Below are positions 22,990 to 35,335 of a stretch of 64,000 nt of DNA, one piece after another; the first letter of the stretch is position 1; each line of letters starts with the position of its first letter. Position numbers and translations under genes: made by a program. This DNA comes from Vitrella brassicaformis CCMP3155 (Eukaryota; Protista; Chromerida), in assembly GCA_001179505.1 (NCBI GenBank), contig CDMY01001036.1:155740-219739 (forward strand), written 5' to 3'. The notes beneath the pieces were generated by a model. The model made no database searches and was not told where the DNA came from. It saw nothing but the letters and a program-made list of their open reading frames with translations.

Positions 22990-25350
22990 TTTGTGTGTGG
23001 TTTCTGCATAGACAACTTGACTGCACAAGCCTCTCTTGCCAATCCGCGCGATTCCTAGGTGTAGACCTGGAAGAGAAGAGGACGATGCCGTCAGCACTCC
23101 GAGTCAGCGTCAAGTTCTTGGATGCAGCCCTCGACGACATTCGTAAGCTTACTGCAGCACCTTGATCATGTGTGTCAACTCGGGGATGAATACGCTTTTG
23201 GTGCACTTTCTCCTCTTGTGCAGTCCACCCCACGGTGCAGACGGAGAGGGAGGCCGCTAAGCTCAGGGCGTTTCATGCGTTCCTGAGCTTGACGCCACCC
23301 GAGCAGCCGCAGTTCCCCGTCGTGACGAAACCCAAGCTTGGCGCACAGACGGTCGATGACGGCCACACAGCTGACGACGACCACGGCCAGACGGCCAAGG
23401 ACGAGGTTGAGGGCGGGTCTAACTTATCGGGATGAGGTAGTTCGTTGCCGGGGGCGTTGTCATCATGGACGAAAAAACGCATAGGCCTCCGCGCGAGTGC
23501 GCGACCTTCTCACGCCCAGAGAGGCCCCAGCTCCGATTCGTCTTTCTTCGTGAGGGCTCCGGTATCGCAGAGTTCACAGCCCCCGTGGCCCGCCTGAGTT
23601 TCAGGTTTGACCCGCGGTGTTACGTGAGTGCATTCATGGTGCAGTGGCAGCGAGAGGAGGTGCTTCATGACAAAGCTGTGTTGATTAGTGGAGACATCGG
23701 GCTGTTTCGTCGGTTGGAAGCGCACCTGGTGTACGGAGAACCGCTCAACGAGGGCGACACACGAATTCTCCGCGATGAGCAGATGTTCCCCAACTTCATC
23801 GTATTCTCCAATACAGGTGAGGAAGGGCAAGGTGGGCAGAGAGGCTGGAGGGATTGACGCACGGATGCAGATGCCTTTCTGTCATTCAGGATGTGCCAGC
23901 GTAGATCATGGCGTAGATGCGGGCTCCGCAGGAGATGGCGGCGCACAAGCAGCAGCAGGCGCCTCAGACGAGGCCCCGGTGGGTCACCGTGTTTGGTTTG
24001 AATACTGTGATTGTGCACAAATGGAGGAAATGGAGGCGTTGTCGTGTGTTTCAGGGTAACGCCGGCGCGGCGAGCGGCTCGAGGGAGCGTGGCGGAGAGG
24101 TGTGTGGCACGAATGGCAACGCTGGTGCGCCGCCGCCCGCGCCGGCCTTCCCCCAGAGTCACCCACCCGCTTCCCCTTCCCTGAGTCAACAACCCACCGA
24201 CATGGATGACGGTAGCCAGCCTGACGCCCCTCTGGCCCTGCCGGACGCCCCTCTGGCCCTGCCGCCCTTTCCCTTCCCCCATCTGGCCCTGCCGCCCTTT
24301 CCCTTCCCCCATCTGGCCCTGCCGTCGCGATCGGCCGCGCCCCCGCCGTCCCGTCGCCCCCCCGCCCTCAACTTGAGGGACAAGCAAGAGACCGGCCAGC
24401 CGGCAGCGGCAGCGGCGGCGGCAGCGGCTGTCCCGCCGCCTGCCTTTGAGCCGATCGTTCATGTGAAGAGGGAGGACGAGAGCGAGATGGGCCAGGAGGA
24501 CGCATACAGCATGCACGCAGAGGCGGCGGCCGGCATGCAGGAGGGGTATGAGGGCTATGGGGACCACGGAGGGATGGGAGAGGGGGAGGGGGAGGAGTGG
24601 GCTGTTGCATGTGGCGAGGGCGGTGACGTCGGTGTTGGAGTTGACGGATTGGGTGAGGGTGCGGTTGAGGGCGGGGGCGTGTGTCCCTGCTCAGTGGCCA
24701 GGTCAGCGAAAAAAAAACTCGCTTCGTCGTGGAAGTTTACACGTCGAGATTACTTTCCTGAGAGACGGCGACTGTTTTTTCTTTTTTTCCTTTTCACCTT
24801 CCAGTGCGTTTGTGGTTTCCCAAGGTGTTTCTCTTCTCCGCTTTGTCCGCCCTCGTCGATGAGTGTTTGTTCATCCCCTCAGCTGCTGGACGTCCGCCGC
24901 TGTACGTGCCGGCACCGGCGTATCCGCCACACCCGGCACCGGCGGCGCATTTGGCACTGCGGCCGCGCGGCATCCTTCCAGAAGGTACGTCACACACCAT
25001 TGCAGGCACTGCTCACATGCATTGCTGCTGGTCGGTGCAGGCGCAGCTCCCCCAAGTCGGCTGGCTTCATCCAGCACGCGGCGGTAGGAGATCTCAAGAG
25101 TACTAGACGTGAGTGGGCAAACATTGTTGTGTGTATTGTGACATTCGCAGGTGACCACTGTCGCAGCTGGTGGACAGGTGAGCAGACACAAGGGCAGGAA
25201 AGGGTCTTAGTCAGGTCTATTGCTATCTTATGAATCCATTTTTGCAGCAACCGGCCGCTCGGCCTCGGCCCCCCGCGCCACAACCACACCCACAACCGCA
25301 GCCACTTCCACAGACCCACCCGCCCAGGTCAGCTGCATAGGCTCAACCAC
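22990..25350 (+). CDS. Hypothetical low-complexity protein (Pro-rich repeats, VKRED motif), fused at its 3' end to exons duplicated from the 13.2-14.7 kb RING gene
   Basis: In-phase exons ..KFLDAALDDI|LHPTVQTEREAAKL..|PPRECATF..FSNT|GCASVDHG..|GNAGAASG..IVHVKREDESEMGQED. Internal tandem repeats at 24225-24325. Start and end uncertain. Confidence 0.45.
24850..25350 (+). repeat. Inverted segmental duplicate of 14080-14570 (5' exons of the RING gene)
   Basis: Near-identical reverse complement including introns, e.g. ccctcagctgctggacgtccgccgctgtacgtgccggcaccggcg..aagagtactagacgtgagtgggcaaac..cccacccgcccaggtcagctgcatag. Confidence 0.9.
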
Positions 25351-25756
25351 TTTGCCTACCAGGTCATTACCTGCACCACGGCAGAAAGAGAGCCGTCATA
25401 ATGATGCACACACACATATCCTGGTTGCAGCAACTGCTTCTCGAGTCGATTGCGATTGTAGTTGCGCCGAAGCGGGTTGGTTTCTTCATGCTGACTGGCA
25501 TGCCCAGCGACTGGATCAATTGGACTGGATTCCACAACCACGACGACCGCAAGCAGCCCCTCTACAGAGGTCCCTGATGTAGATTGATTGTTTGAGAGGA
25601 AGTGATATGTGTGTGTGTGTCTTCACTTCTTCTCAGAAATTGAAAGAAGGATGATCACCACAACGAGTGTGTCCGTTGAAGTCCAAGATTGGCGTGACTG
25701 ACTGGCTCCCCTCGTCTCTTTGTAGCCTGCCTGGTCGCATGTTTGTATTGATCGAC

Positions 25757-26580
25757 AAGATGCACGCAGCACTCGGGTAATTGGTGGAGAGAGGAATACG
25801 GGTGCTTGGATGCATCACCATACTCTCTGCGTGGGCCATTCATGTGCAGGATGAGAAAGGTCGGTTGCTGCGCGATGTGGACAAGTCGACGCCCTTTCAA
25901 CCGAATGCGCCGCTCTTAAGGAGGAAGTCGACAAGTGAGAACAAATCACAGGACCCAAATCGCACATCGTACATACGGAGGTGCAGGTCTCGTGAGCGTG
26001 AGGCGGCCATCAGTGAGCTGCAGGCCGCTGTGGCCGAGAAGGACACGCAGATGGTGGAGATGAAGGAACAATTCGTACGAAAGACAAGACAGACACACAC
26101 GAGATGCGTCGATGTCTCCGGCCATTCATGAATGCTGCTGCTTGCCCTCAGGACCTCCTACAAGTCCATTACAATGACTACGTCATGCTCGCCCGTCGTC
26201 AACAAGACAAAATCCAGGTGAGACAAGGAAGCGTCAACGGTATACGGGACTGGTCGATGTCTACGTGTCTGTCTGTCTGTCTGTCTGTCTGTCTCGATAA
26301 GGGCATCGAGACAGAGAACCGGGCGTTAAAGGAGCGCCTCGTATGCAGGAAGAGACACACATTCACATGATGCCTTTGACTTTTTTCGGGCTGCTTTGCG
26401 CTGCAGGACATGCTGCAAGGGCACTACAATGAATTGCTCATCTGCATCGGAGCCCCACTGCTTTGTGCTCCAACGCCCACCACGCCCGCCTCCCCACTTC
26501 CGCCATCCCCTCCGCAGCAAGAGCAGCAGCGAGCCCGTTACGCCGCATGTCTTCTTTTGCTGTCTGTTGTCTCAAGCAGA
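25757..26580 (+). pseudogene. Coiled-coil gene fragment, duplicate of 32555-33285
   Basis: Exons VDALSTECAALKEEVDK|SREREAAISELQAAVAEKDTQMVEMKEQF|DLLQVHYNDY..|GIETENRALKERL. Phase inconsistency in the first exon and an early stop at about 26580. Confidence 0.55.
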
Positions 26581-26696
26581 TAATTTTGGTGCTGACGCGT
26601 TGCCCAGGATGCCATCGACACTCAGACGGTGAGCCGTGGCGCATCCAACCGGCCGCGTGTGCTCTTCTGCATTGCCTTCGGTGTGTCTCTGTCAGG

Positions 26697-29600
26697 AGAG
26701 CATTGGTGAGACGTTGAGGAAGGTGCGGGGCCTTGTCAACCAGTTTGCAGGGTTCCAGGCACAGGTCAGACGCACACCAGATAGCATCACCTGGACTTCT
26801 CTCTCACTTGCTTTGCGTGTCCAGGCGCCAGAGTTGTTGGGTTTTCTGACTTCTAAGGTGCGCATCACACCCACTCGGCCCCCAAAGTCCGTGCATTCAT
26901 GTTTTGCTCCACGGACTTCAGGGTTTCAGGGTTTCAGGGAAGGACGCCCTTCCCAAATTTACGCATCAAGGGAGACCGCCAGAGGTAAGCCCCACGCAGG
27001 CAGCTCTCAAGGCTCAATGAGGCCCATGGAAGGAGGGAGAAAGAGCCCTAAGCGCAGCAAGACACATGAGGACAGGTGGGAACGATGTCATGCATCTGTA
27101 GTGATGCCATGTCAGATCTCCTTTCTTCTTTGATGTTTTCTGTGGGTTCTCAGTGTGAGGATGCGTCTGAACGACGCCAAGGCGTTCCCGAGCCTGTTTT
27201 CATCGGCCAGTGGCGCCACCACTCGCAACAGCAGCAGCGAGGATATCGACTTGCAGCCCGCCCGTATTGCCCAGGCCGCTCACGCGATGCTGTGCTCCAT
27301 CGACATCGCAGACGCAAACACAGCTGGTGATGGTGCCGGTGATGGGAGGGGGAGTGACTGGGCAGGGGGTAGCGGTGGGCAGAGGGCGGAAGAGTGTGCG
27401 GCCCAGGCTGGCGCCGACATGGATGCGGACATGGAGGGACCATCCAAGGGCGCCGACCAACACCAGAAGCTCAAACATCGCAAAAGAAAGGTGCACAGCC
27501 ACCATGCCAGCCAACCCCATTGTATTTGTCGCTGTATGTGGATGTGCTGCGGGATCAGGCCAAGGACACCTCAGCTTCATCCAAGATACCCGCACTCGTC
27601 AAGCTCTGCCTAGACAAAAGATATGTGTCTACATGTGTGCCATCTATCCACATACCCTCTCTCTCTGTATGTGTGTGCCTTGGTTTAGCTGTCGCGCCAA
27701 TTTGAGGAGATCCTCGAGCCCCCAGCTCCCAAGAAGCCACGCCAGAAGAAGGCCCCCCACACAGACCACTCGGAGGTCGGACCGACTCCCCACCCCCCCT
27801 CCCCCTACACACACACACATACAGACGAAGAAATCAACCCCACTCGGTTTGCCCCCTCTCTCTCTCTCTGTGTCTGTGTGTGTGTGTGTGTGTGTGGCAT
27901 GGACAGGGGACAAGACCGTCATTGTCAGAGATAGACCACACACACACGCACTCAAGGACGTTCGTGACTCTCTCTCTCTCTCTGTATGTGTGTGTGTGCG
28001 TGTCTGCACAGAGAAAGTACCATCAGCTCAAGGGCGAGGCTAACGGCACACGGTCCTTTGAGGACCAGCTGACCGCCCTCCACCAGGAACTGGCAGCGTC
28101 TCGCGAGCTGACCGAGACCAAACAGAAGCAGGTGCGNNNNNNNNNNNNNNNNNNNNNNNNNNNNNNNNNNNNNNNNNNNNNNNNNNNNNNNNNNNNNNNN
28201 NNNNNNNNNNNNNNNNNNNNNNNNNNNNNNNNNNNNNNNNNNNNNNNNNNNNNNNNNNNNNNNNNNNNNNNNNNNNNNNNNNNNNNNNNNNNNNNNNNNN
28301 NNNNNNNNNNNNNNNNNNNNNNNNNNNNNNNNNNNNNNNNNNNNNNNNNNNNNNNNNNNNNNNNNNNNNNNNNNNNNNNNNNNNNNNNNNNNNNNNNNNN
28401 NNNNNNNNNNNNNNNNNNNNNNNNNNNNNNNNNNNNGGGGGGGGGGTGAGAGAGGAGAGTGAGGTAGCTGGTAGATAGCTAGCACCTCTTCACCAATTTC
28501 TCGAGGCGCAGACAGACGTTGAGCGGGCCCCTGTCTTGCCGATAGGGGCTGCCTTGCACACGCCCCTGTCGGATGTTCATGAGGGTCACACCCAGACAGA
28601 GAGACAGACAGACAGACAGGACAGGACAGGACAGGCGGCCATGCTTGCTGCAGGGATGCATCTCCCCTTATTCATCTGTGTCATTGTGCTCATCTACCTC
28701 TGTCTCTCTGTGCCTGATGTGTCTGATGTGTGTGTGTGTCTGTACCGTGGCCATACAGCCGCGCAGGACACGATGACGAAGCAGCTGATGCAGAAGGAGG
28801 CGCAAGTCAAGTGAGACCATCCAGACACTGCATCCCAACCACCCATGTATGTTCCCACACCTGTCTGCATGTCTGTCTGTGTTGTGTTTGTCAATTGTCT
28901 GACCGCCAGCAGGAGGAGCCACGGTGCTCAGCCACCCGCGTGTGTCATATTAGTTGCTCTGTGCGGCGTGTGGCTGCCCTCCGGAAGCCATAGGCCACTC
29001 CCCGACGCAGCTACCTCGGCCAAGCATCGCTGCCTACACTTTATATCCTGTTGTCCTGTCGTCGTTGTGTCTGTAGCCATTTCATGCAGGAGCAGCGCCC
29101 CCAGTGGGCCGATATCTCTCTGTCCCTCAGCGAGTTGGACGTCAGTCAAAGTTGAGGTCAAGGAGAACGAGATTCGGTGACCGGGTACATAAAAGAAATA
29201 TGCTCAATAACAAACAGACGTGAGTGACCACCGCACACATATACACACGTGTCCGTGAATTTGTCGTCTCGTTCTATGTCCGTGTCCACACAGGCAGATT
29301 GATGCCTTGCAAGGCTGCTGACGAGCAGGCCGCCAGGCTGAATGACATCAACGCCCAGCTCAAGAAACTCACCGAGAACTCGCAGGTAGACGAGCAGGGT
29401 GACACCACAGACAGTCGCGTGTTGATGTGCGGATATAATTTGATGTGTGGATGGATGGCCATGGGTGTGTGCAGGAGTTGAACGGCCAGACCAACGAGTT
29501 GACCAAGGATGCTAGAGGACAACTGCAGGTGAGTGAGCGACACACATCCACAACCCCCCATCAACACACAGATTGATGTCATTCACCGCTTTGTTGAGTT

Positions 29601-30825
29601 TGCCGATCCGGCCACACATGACGAGGACGACAAGGCGTATCGGGAGTGCCTGAAGAATCGCGCGGGCTCGCTGTTTGTCGTTTCGGGGGAATCCAGCCAG
29701 CCGTAGGCTTCAACAGTCATCTTGCCTACGGTCCTCGTGTTTGTTTCCAAGAAGAAGGCCAAAGCAGACTGGACCCATCTGAGGCCTGTGTTGCCTATTC
29801 TCATGGAGCTCTTTCAAAGATCCTTTGCCAGCTGGAGACGCTCGTGATTGCGGTAAGGAGGGCGGGGGGCGGGGGAAGGGAGCGCAGGCTAACTTCATGA
29901 ATCCGATCTCATGATTGTTATGATGCATGTGTATGTCCCTGGATGGACGATTTGTCGCAGTTCAAGACGGCCTGTAAGGCTGGAGATATGCTGGAAGCCT
30001 TCAAGATCTACACGCAGATCAAGGAGCAGCTGGTGGGTGTATACGTGGCTGTCTGTCCGTCTGTTTGTCTGTCTGTCTGTCTGTCTATGTGCACGGATAC
30101 ATATCGACAAGCTCAGACACATCCATCTATTGTCCTTCTTCTCTCTGTGTGTGCCCTTTTGCAGGCCATCGTGTTCCGTCTCAAGACGCTGCAAACCTCT
30201 TGGGGCCATCACGTAAGGACTGAAAGACAGAGCAAGCACCCATGCACATTCTGTCTGTCCGTCTGTTTGTCTGTCTGTCTATGTGCACACACCTTCAGTC
30301 TCACGCCGTGCTTCAAGATCTCATCGACAGACTTGAGAGCATGCGCAACTCCTTGTTGTTGTGGGAAGAGAGATGGAAAAAAGCGGTGAAATTGATGAAT
30401 CGCGACCAAAAACTTATGCTTGCACGTCAGGTGAGACGATAAGATGACGAGCAGATGGCGCAGTGTAACTTTCTCTTCTCCAGATGGGCATGGCGCAAGG
30501 CCTCCAGCAGGGCATCGCCCAGGGGTGGGACCAGGCCACGCGATGCGTGGTCTGTTTCGCCGCCCCGAGGGACACCGTCACCCGACCATGCGTAAGCAGT
30601 GACAGACACTAGCCACTGGATGTACTCAGAAGTTGTTCCTCACTTGACCAATGTTTTCACTGTGTGTGTGTGTGCAGGGCCACATGTGCATGCGCCAGGG
30701 CTGCGCTGCCCATATTGCTCTCTGGCCCCATCTGCCAAGGCCCAAACAACCCGAATGCCCCGCTGCCCTCAAACGCCCCGACCTTCCTCTCGTGATAGTG
30801 CTGCCCGTGTTGCTTCCTGGGGGTG
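26697..30825 (+). CDS. Multi-exon coiled-coil protein ending in a captured, frameshifted RING module (may be pseudogenic)
   Basis: Exons ESIGETLRKV.., QRKYHQLKGEANG..QELAASRELTETKQKQ, ..NDINAQLKKLTENSQ, ..LIDRLESMRNSLLLWEERWKK.., then MGMAQGLQQGIAQGWDQATRCVVCFAAPRDTVTRPC|GHMCMRQGC followed by a +1 frameshift. Contains the 28137-28436 gap. Confidence 0.55.
28137..28436. other. Assembly gap, 300 N
   Basis: N run. Confidence 1.
30479..30825 (+). repeat. Inverted segmental duplicate of about 13190-13532 (RING exons, intron and 3' UTR start)
   Basis: Reverse-complement match, e.g. cagggcatcgcccaggg..tttcgccgccccgagggacaccgtcacccg..gtaagcagtgacagacactagccactg..ccaaggcccaaacaacccgaatgccccgctgccc. 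Confidence 0.9.
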
Positions 30826-30877
30826 TATTCTCACGACTTATATCATCTTCGAACGCTGAGCGAGAGCGACACAGAAA

Positions 30878-33476
30878 ATGTCGCAGCGGCCAGCGTCTCA
30901 TCCTCGGCTTCATCTGGGGCAGACTGACCACCAGCAAAGGTGAGTACATGTAGAGAGAGCAATCAAGAGAGTCAGAGACGCCCAAACAAGACAGCTGCAG
31001 CGGCCGCAAGGGCAAGAAGATCACTCCATCAGTCAAACCTTCCCTCCCCTCGGTGTCTGCATCCACCATGTTGTCATCTGCAGAGCCTCGAGACCGAATA
31101 CCAGGAGAATGGCTACTGTTCGTCAGCTGCAAGAGGCGCTGCGTGCCAAGGACGGCGAGATACAGGTGCTCAAGAGAGTGGATGTGGACAGGTGAGAAGT
31201 GGTGGAGCGGTAATGAATGTATGACTTTGAGGGTCTTCCTGTCTATCTGTCTTTGCCAGGAGAAAACCGCACGCAGAAGGAACGACTCGTAGGAAAGAAC
31301 AAGAGACACTACACACACACACACACACCAACCCCACTCGTCCATCCATCCATCCATCCGTCTATCTGTCTGTCTGTCTGTCTGTCTGTGTGTCAGGACC
31401 ATCTCGAGTCTTGAGCGTTCGACGAGAGGCATTTTGGCGATGACCTGCAGGCCAAGGACCAGTGCATCAAGCTGGCGGACAACGGCCCTCGAGCAGCCAC
31501 CCCACCGCCCCCTGTCAACATGCACATGAGCCTGTCCCTGATCGGCAAGGCCCTTCTGGCCGAAGCGCAACGGCTTTCCTTGTTGGTGGCTGGGGTTGAG
31601 AAGAAGCAGAAAAGCCTGAGACAGAAGCGCACGGTGGGCAACGCGCGAAGTACACAGATGTGGGCGGGGGAGACACACTGTGATGCATGTGCGACAGGAG
31701 GAGATCTTCCAGCTGCGCCATGACCTCGCAATGGCGGACCACCCTCTTCGGCAGACAGCGCACCCGCGACACGTTGTTGGAGTCCTCATGTAATGGCCCG
31801 TGTTTCTTCCCTCTCTGTTTGTGTCTCAGCAGAAAGAGTTGTCCGAGTCAACCAACAACTGCATTCGTCTGCAAGAGGAGAACAAGCGCATTCGGCTGGA
31901 CCTCGAGAGGACGCACCACGACCTCGGCACCAGCCACGAGAAGATGGCCACACGGGTTGAGACTATCGACAAGATGCACGCAGCGCTCGTGGTCAGAGAG
32001 TCAGGGAGGGAGGGAGGGAGGGAGAGAGGACCATGCTTGGGTGGATTGCCATGTTCTGCCTGCGTGTGCAGGAGGACAACGGTCGGTTGCTGGGTGAGGT
32101 GGACAAGACCGCACCTCGACAAGCCGCCAAAGCATGGCCACACGGGTCGAGAACGTCGACAAGATGCACAAGTGAGAAAACCAACATATGCACTCAACGA
32201 TGAGATGGTGTCCGTGCACGCAGGAATGACGGCAAGAGCCCGCAGTCAATTGAGGGGCGTGATTGGTTAGTAGGAGGTCCCCGGGACGTCGCAGTCGCGA
32301 TGCCTGGGGACCTCCTAGCGACCTTCACGGTGATGGCAGACATCAACACTGGGGAGGGAGGGCATCGAGACATGTGCCCTACTCGTCGGTCAAGTAGACG
32401 ACAAGACATCCCCTAAAGGTAAGCGAGTCTGTCGGGAGGGATGTTCATCCCTCTGTGTATGTGTATCTGTGTGTATGTGGCTGCCTGTAGTGGTGAAGAT
32501 CACCCATCTGCTGTTCCCCGGGCAGCGCGGCACCGCCAACACATGTGGTGAGGCTAGATGCACACAGCACTCGTGTTGACTGATGCAGGGAGGAATACAG
32601 GTGCCTGGATGCATCACCATACTCTCTGCGTGGGCCATTCCTGTGCAGAAGTCGACGCCCTTTCAACCGAATGCGCCGCTCTCAAGGAGGAATGCGACAA
32701 GTGAGAACAAATCACAGGACCCAAATCGCACATCGTACATACGGAGGTGCAGGTCTCGTGAGCGTGAGGCGGCCATCAGTGAGCTGCAGGCCGCTGTGGC
32801 CGAGAAGGACACGCAGATGGTGGAGATGAAGGAACAATTCGTACGAAAGACAAGACAGACACACACGAGATGCGTCGATGTCTCCGGCCATTCATGAGTG
32901 CTACTGCTTGCCCTCAGGACCTTCTGCAGCTTCACTACAACGACTACGTCATGCTCGCCCGTCGTCAACAACATAGAATCCAGGCGAAACAAGGAAGCAT
33001 CAACGGTATACGGGACTGGTCGATGTACACGTGTCTGTCTGTCTGTCTGTCTGTCTGTCAATCTCGATAAGGGCATCGAGACAGAGAACCGGGCGTTAAA
33101 GGAGCGCCTCGTATGCAGGAAGAGACACACACTCATATGATACCTTTGACTTTTTTCGGGCTGCTTTGCGCTGCAGGACATGCTGCAAGGGCACTACAAT
33201 CAATTGGTGATCGCCATCGGAGCCCCACTCCTGTCTGGCCCAGCCCCCACCACGCCCGCTTCCCCAACCTCCCCCACCCCCTCCCCGCGATCGGCCGTGA
33301 CCCCAAGCACTTTCAAGCTCATTTGCGTCACCCTCTGTGCGACCCGCGCCAACGACCGACGTCACCCACACACATCAAGGGATGCCTGGCGGGACTCCAC
33401 CGAGGAAGCTGCAGGGCATGCAGCAGCAACAGGCATTGCTGCATATCTAGAGGACGCGAAGCAGGGCCTCGGGTGA
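30878..33476 (+). pseudogene. Decaying coiled-coil gene with internal duplications
   Basis: Coiled-coil exons (MATVRQLQEALRAKDGEIQ; QKELSESTNNCIRLQEENKRIRLDLERT), an in-frame TGA near 31407, repeated atggccacacggg..gacaagatgcac units and out-of-frame joins. Confidence 0.5.
32555..33285 (+). repeat. Direct segmental duplicate of 25757-26510
   Basis: Near-identical exons and introns. Lacks 33 nt present in the 25.8 kb copy. Confidence 0.9.
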
Positions 33477-33707
33477 GACACCAGCAATTGCTTCACGAAT
33501 TTCAAACAACGGTGTCGTGTCAGCAGTTGGCGGCAGACCATCATCATGACGGCGGGAGGATGTGGGTGAGGAATTGTTGCCTACATTTTATATGTGTCGG
33601 CAGTTTTCCATCGGCGCAGACGTCACCACAACTGACAGTGCTGCCCGCGCTGCTTCCTGGGGGTGGACACATAGACGAGTGAGTCGCTGGATTAAAAAGT
33701 GTGTGGG

Positions 33708-33839
33708 TGAAAAGTGTGTTTCGGTCTTTTATGTTGTCCATTGTGTTGCGATTAATGCACATGCGATGACTTCAGTCCATTGTGTGGCATTGCAATGCGT
33801 TGAAGTCTCGTCTGTCGCACACCACACCCGCCCCCGGGC
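33708..33839 (-). repeat. 132-bp inverted repeat, left arm (partner 38702-38833)
   Basis: Manual comparison with the reverse complement of 38702-38833 shows 2 mismatches. Confidence 0.9.
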
Positions 33840-34151
33840 ATCTTCTCGCCCGTGAGTCGATGTATTATTTGCCCTCTTAATTGCATCTAATCTATCCAGG
33901 CACTGCTGTACACCTAATTAATCCATCCATCCACACAGTGACGTGTGCACTCACGCACAGACGTCCATGCATCAATGAGTCAATCACACACTCCCCCTCC
34001 CCCTCCCTCCCCCCACAGCCCTTTTCTCTATCTGTCCAATCAATAGGTCCATATGTCTGTCTGTCTACCGATATCGATATATCGCCCCACCTCTCAATAG
34101 CTTTCTTATGTCTACTTAATTTCTGCGTGCCGGGCCCCTGCTGTCTTTCTC

Positions 34152-35108
34152 TCAGAGGATGGTCTGGGAGTGCCGGGGGCGGCTGGCGGGCGGCGGGAAG
34201 GTCGTTCCCGGCCGGAAGGTCACCTGCTTACTCAAACGGCTGTCGTCCTGGGGGGGTTTGCCCATCTGCGAAGGGGGCGGGATCGACGAGAAGTACGCCG
34301 ACGGCCCGGGGGGCTGCTGCTGCTGCTGCTGGGATGCGCGGGCGTTGGTGCCGATGAGAATGCGGCGGACCTCCTCCTCCTCTCGGTTGTCGGCTTTGTT
34401 GACGTATATCATGGCAATGGCGAAGATGAATATGAGGACAAAGACCACCAGCAGCACAGTCACTGCCTGGGAGGGGAGGGACAGGGCGCTGGTGAAGTCG
34501 GCCGAGTGGAAGAAGCAGACGACCGCCCAGAGCACCAGCAGCACGCCGAACACCTTCTGCAGTGTGGACATGGGGATGGGTGTGTGGCCGTCTGCGGGAT
34601 CCCTGCCGGCCTTGATGGCCCACATGGTCGCCAGGAACAGCGGGATGAAGACCACCAACACCAGGGCAGTCATGAACCCGGAGGGCGAGATGGGCGGCTT
34701 CCAACCGAGGAACATCCTGTCGTAGTAGTAATCTCTGCAGTTAGTTAACACACACGCACATCCATCCATCCATCCATCCGCACACCGCCCCTGTGTCTGT
34801 GTGGTCATTGCAAACGTCTGTCCTTACATGGTGCCAGCGGGCTCTTCAGCTGCCTTTTCCAACTTGCTGGACTCCTTATCGGGCTGCGGCTGCCGGTGGT
34901 GCATTTGCTGCATCTGCCCTGCCGCCATGCTGTCAGCCTGCAGGTGGCCGTGTTGGCCCTGATGATACGAGCGGAACTTCGTCGCAGCAGCAGCAGCGGT
35001 TTGGTGGACTCGAGATGCGACAGGGGGCGGCGCCACCCTCACTGCAGCGGTGTCATAGAGGTGCAGGAGGGAGAGGATGAGGACTGATAGGACTGTCGGC
35101 ATGATCAT
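34152..35108 (-). CDS. Orphan membrane protein: signal peptide + 3 TM helices + Pro/Gln-rich tail (2 exons)
   Basis: Signal MIMPTVLSVLILSLLHL. Intron (gtaagg..ctgcag) joins in phase, AT|A GAT TAC. Three hydrophobic segments in exon 2. Confidence 0.75.
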
Positions 35109-35335
35109 GATACTGGCAGTGGTCTGGTGGTGGGCTTTGGGCGGTGGGTGGTCAGATGAGGAGATCTTTCCACTGCTGCTGATGAGCCATTTCCTCCTTA
35201 TCTCCTTATTTCTCAACGCTTATCAGCTGCTGCTGCCTTTGAACTTCCACAAGGCCACCAGATGCTATCTCCGATGGTTCGTTTCTCTGGAATCCTGGCC
35301 TCAAAATGCGAGCTTAGATGCGGCAGATCTCCGCC

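Noticed and set aside
31405-31410. In-frame TGA as possible selenocysteine or read-through
   Set aside because: No SECIS-like structure seen, no redox motif, and the surrounding region has other lesions
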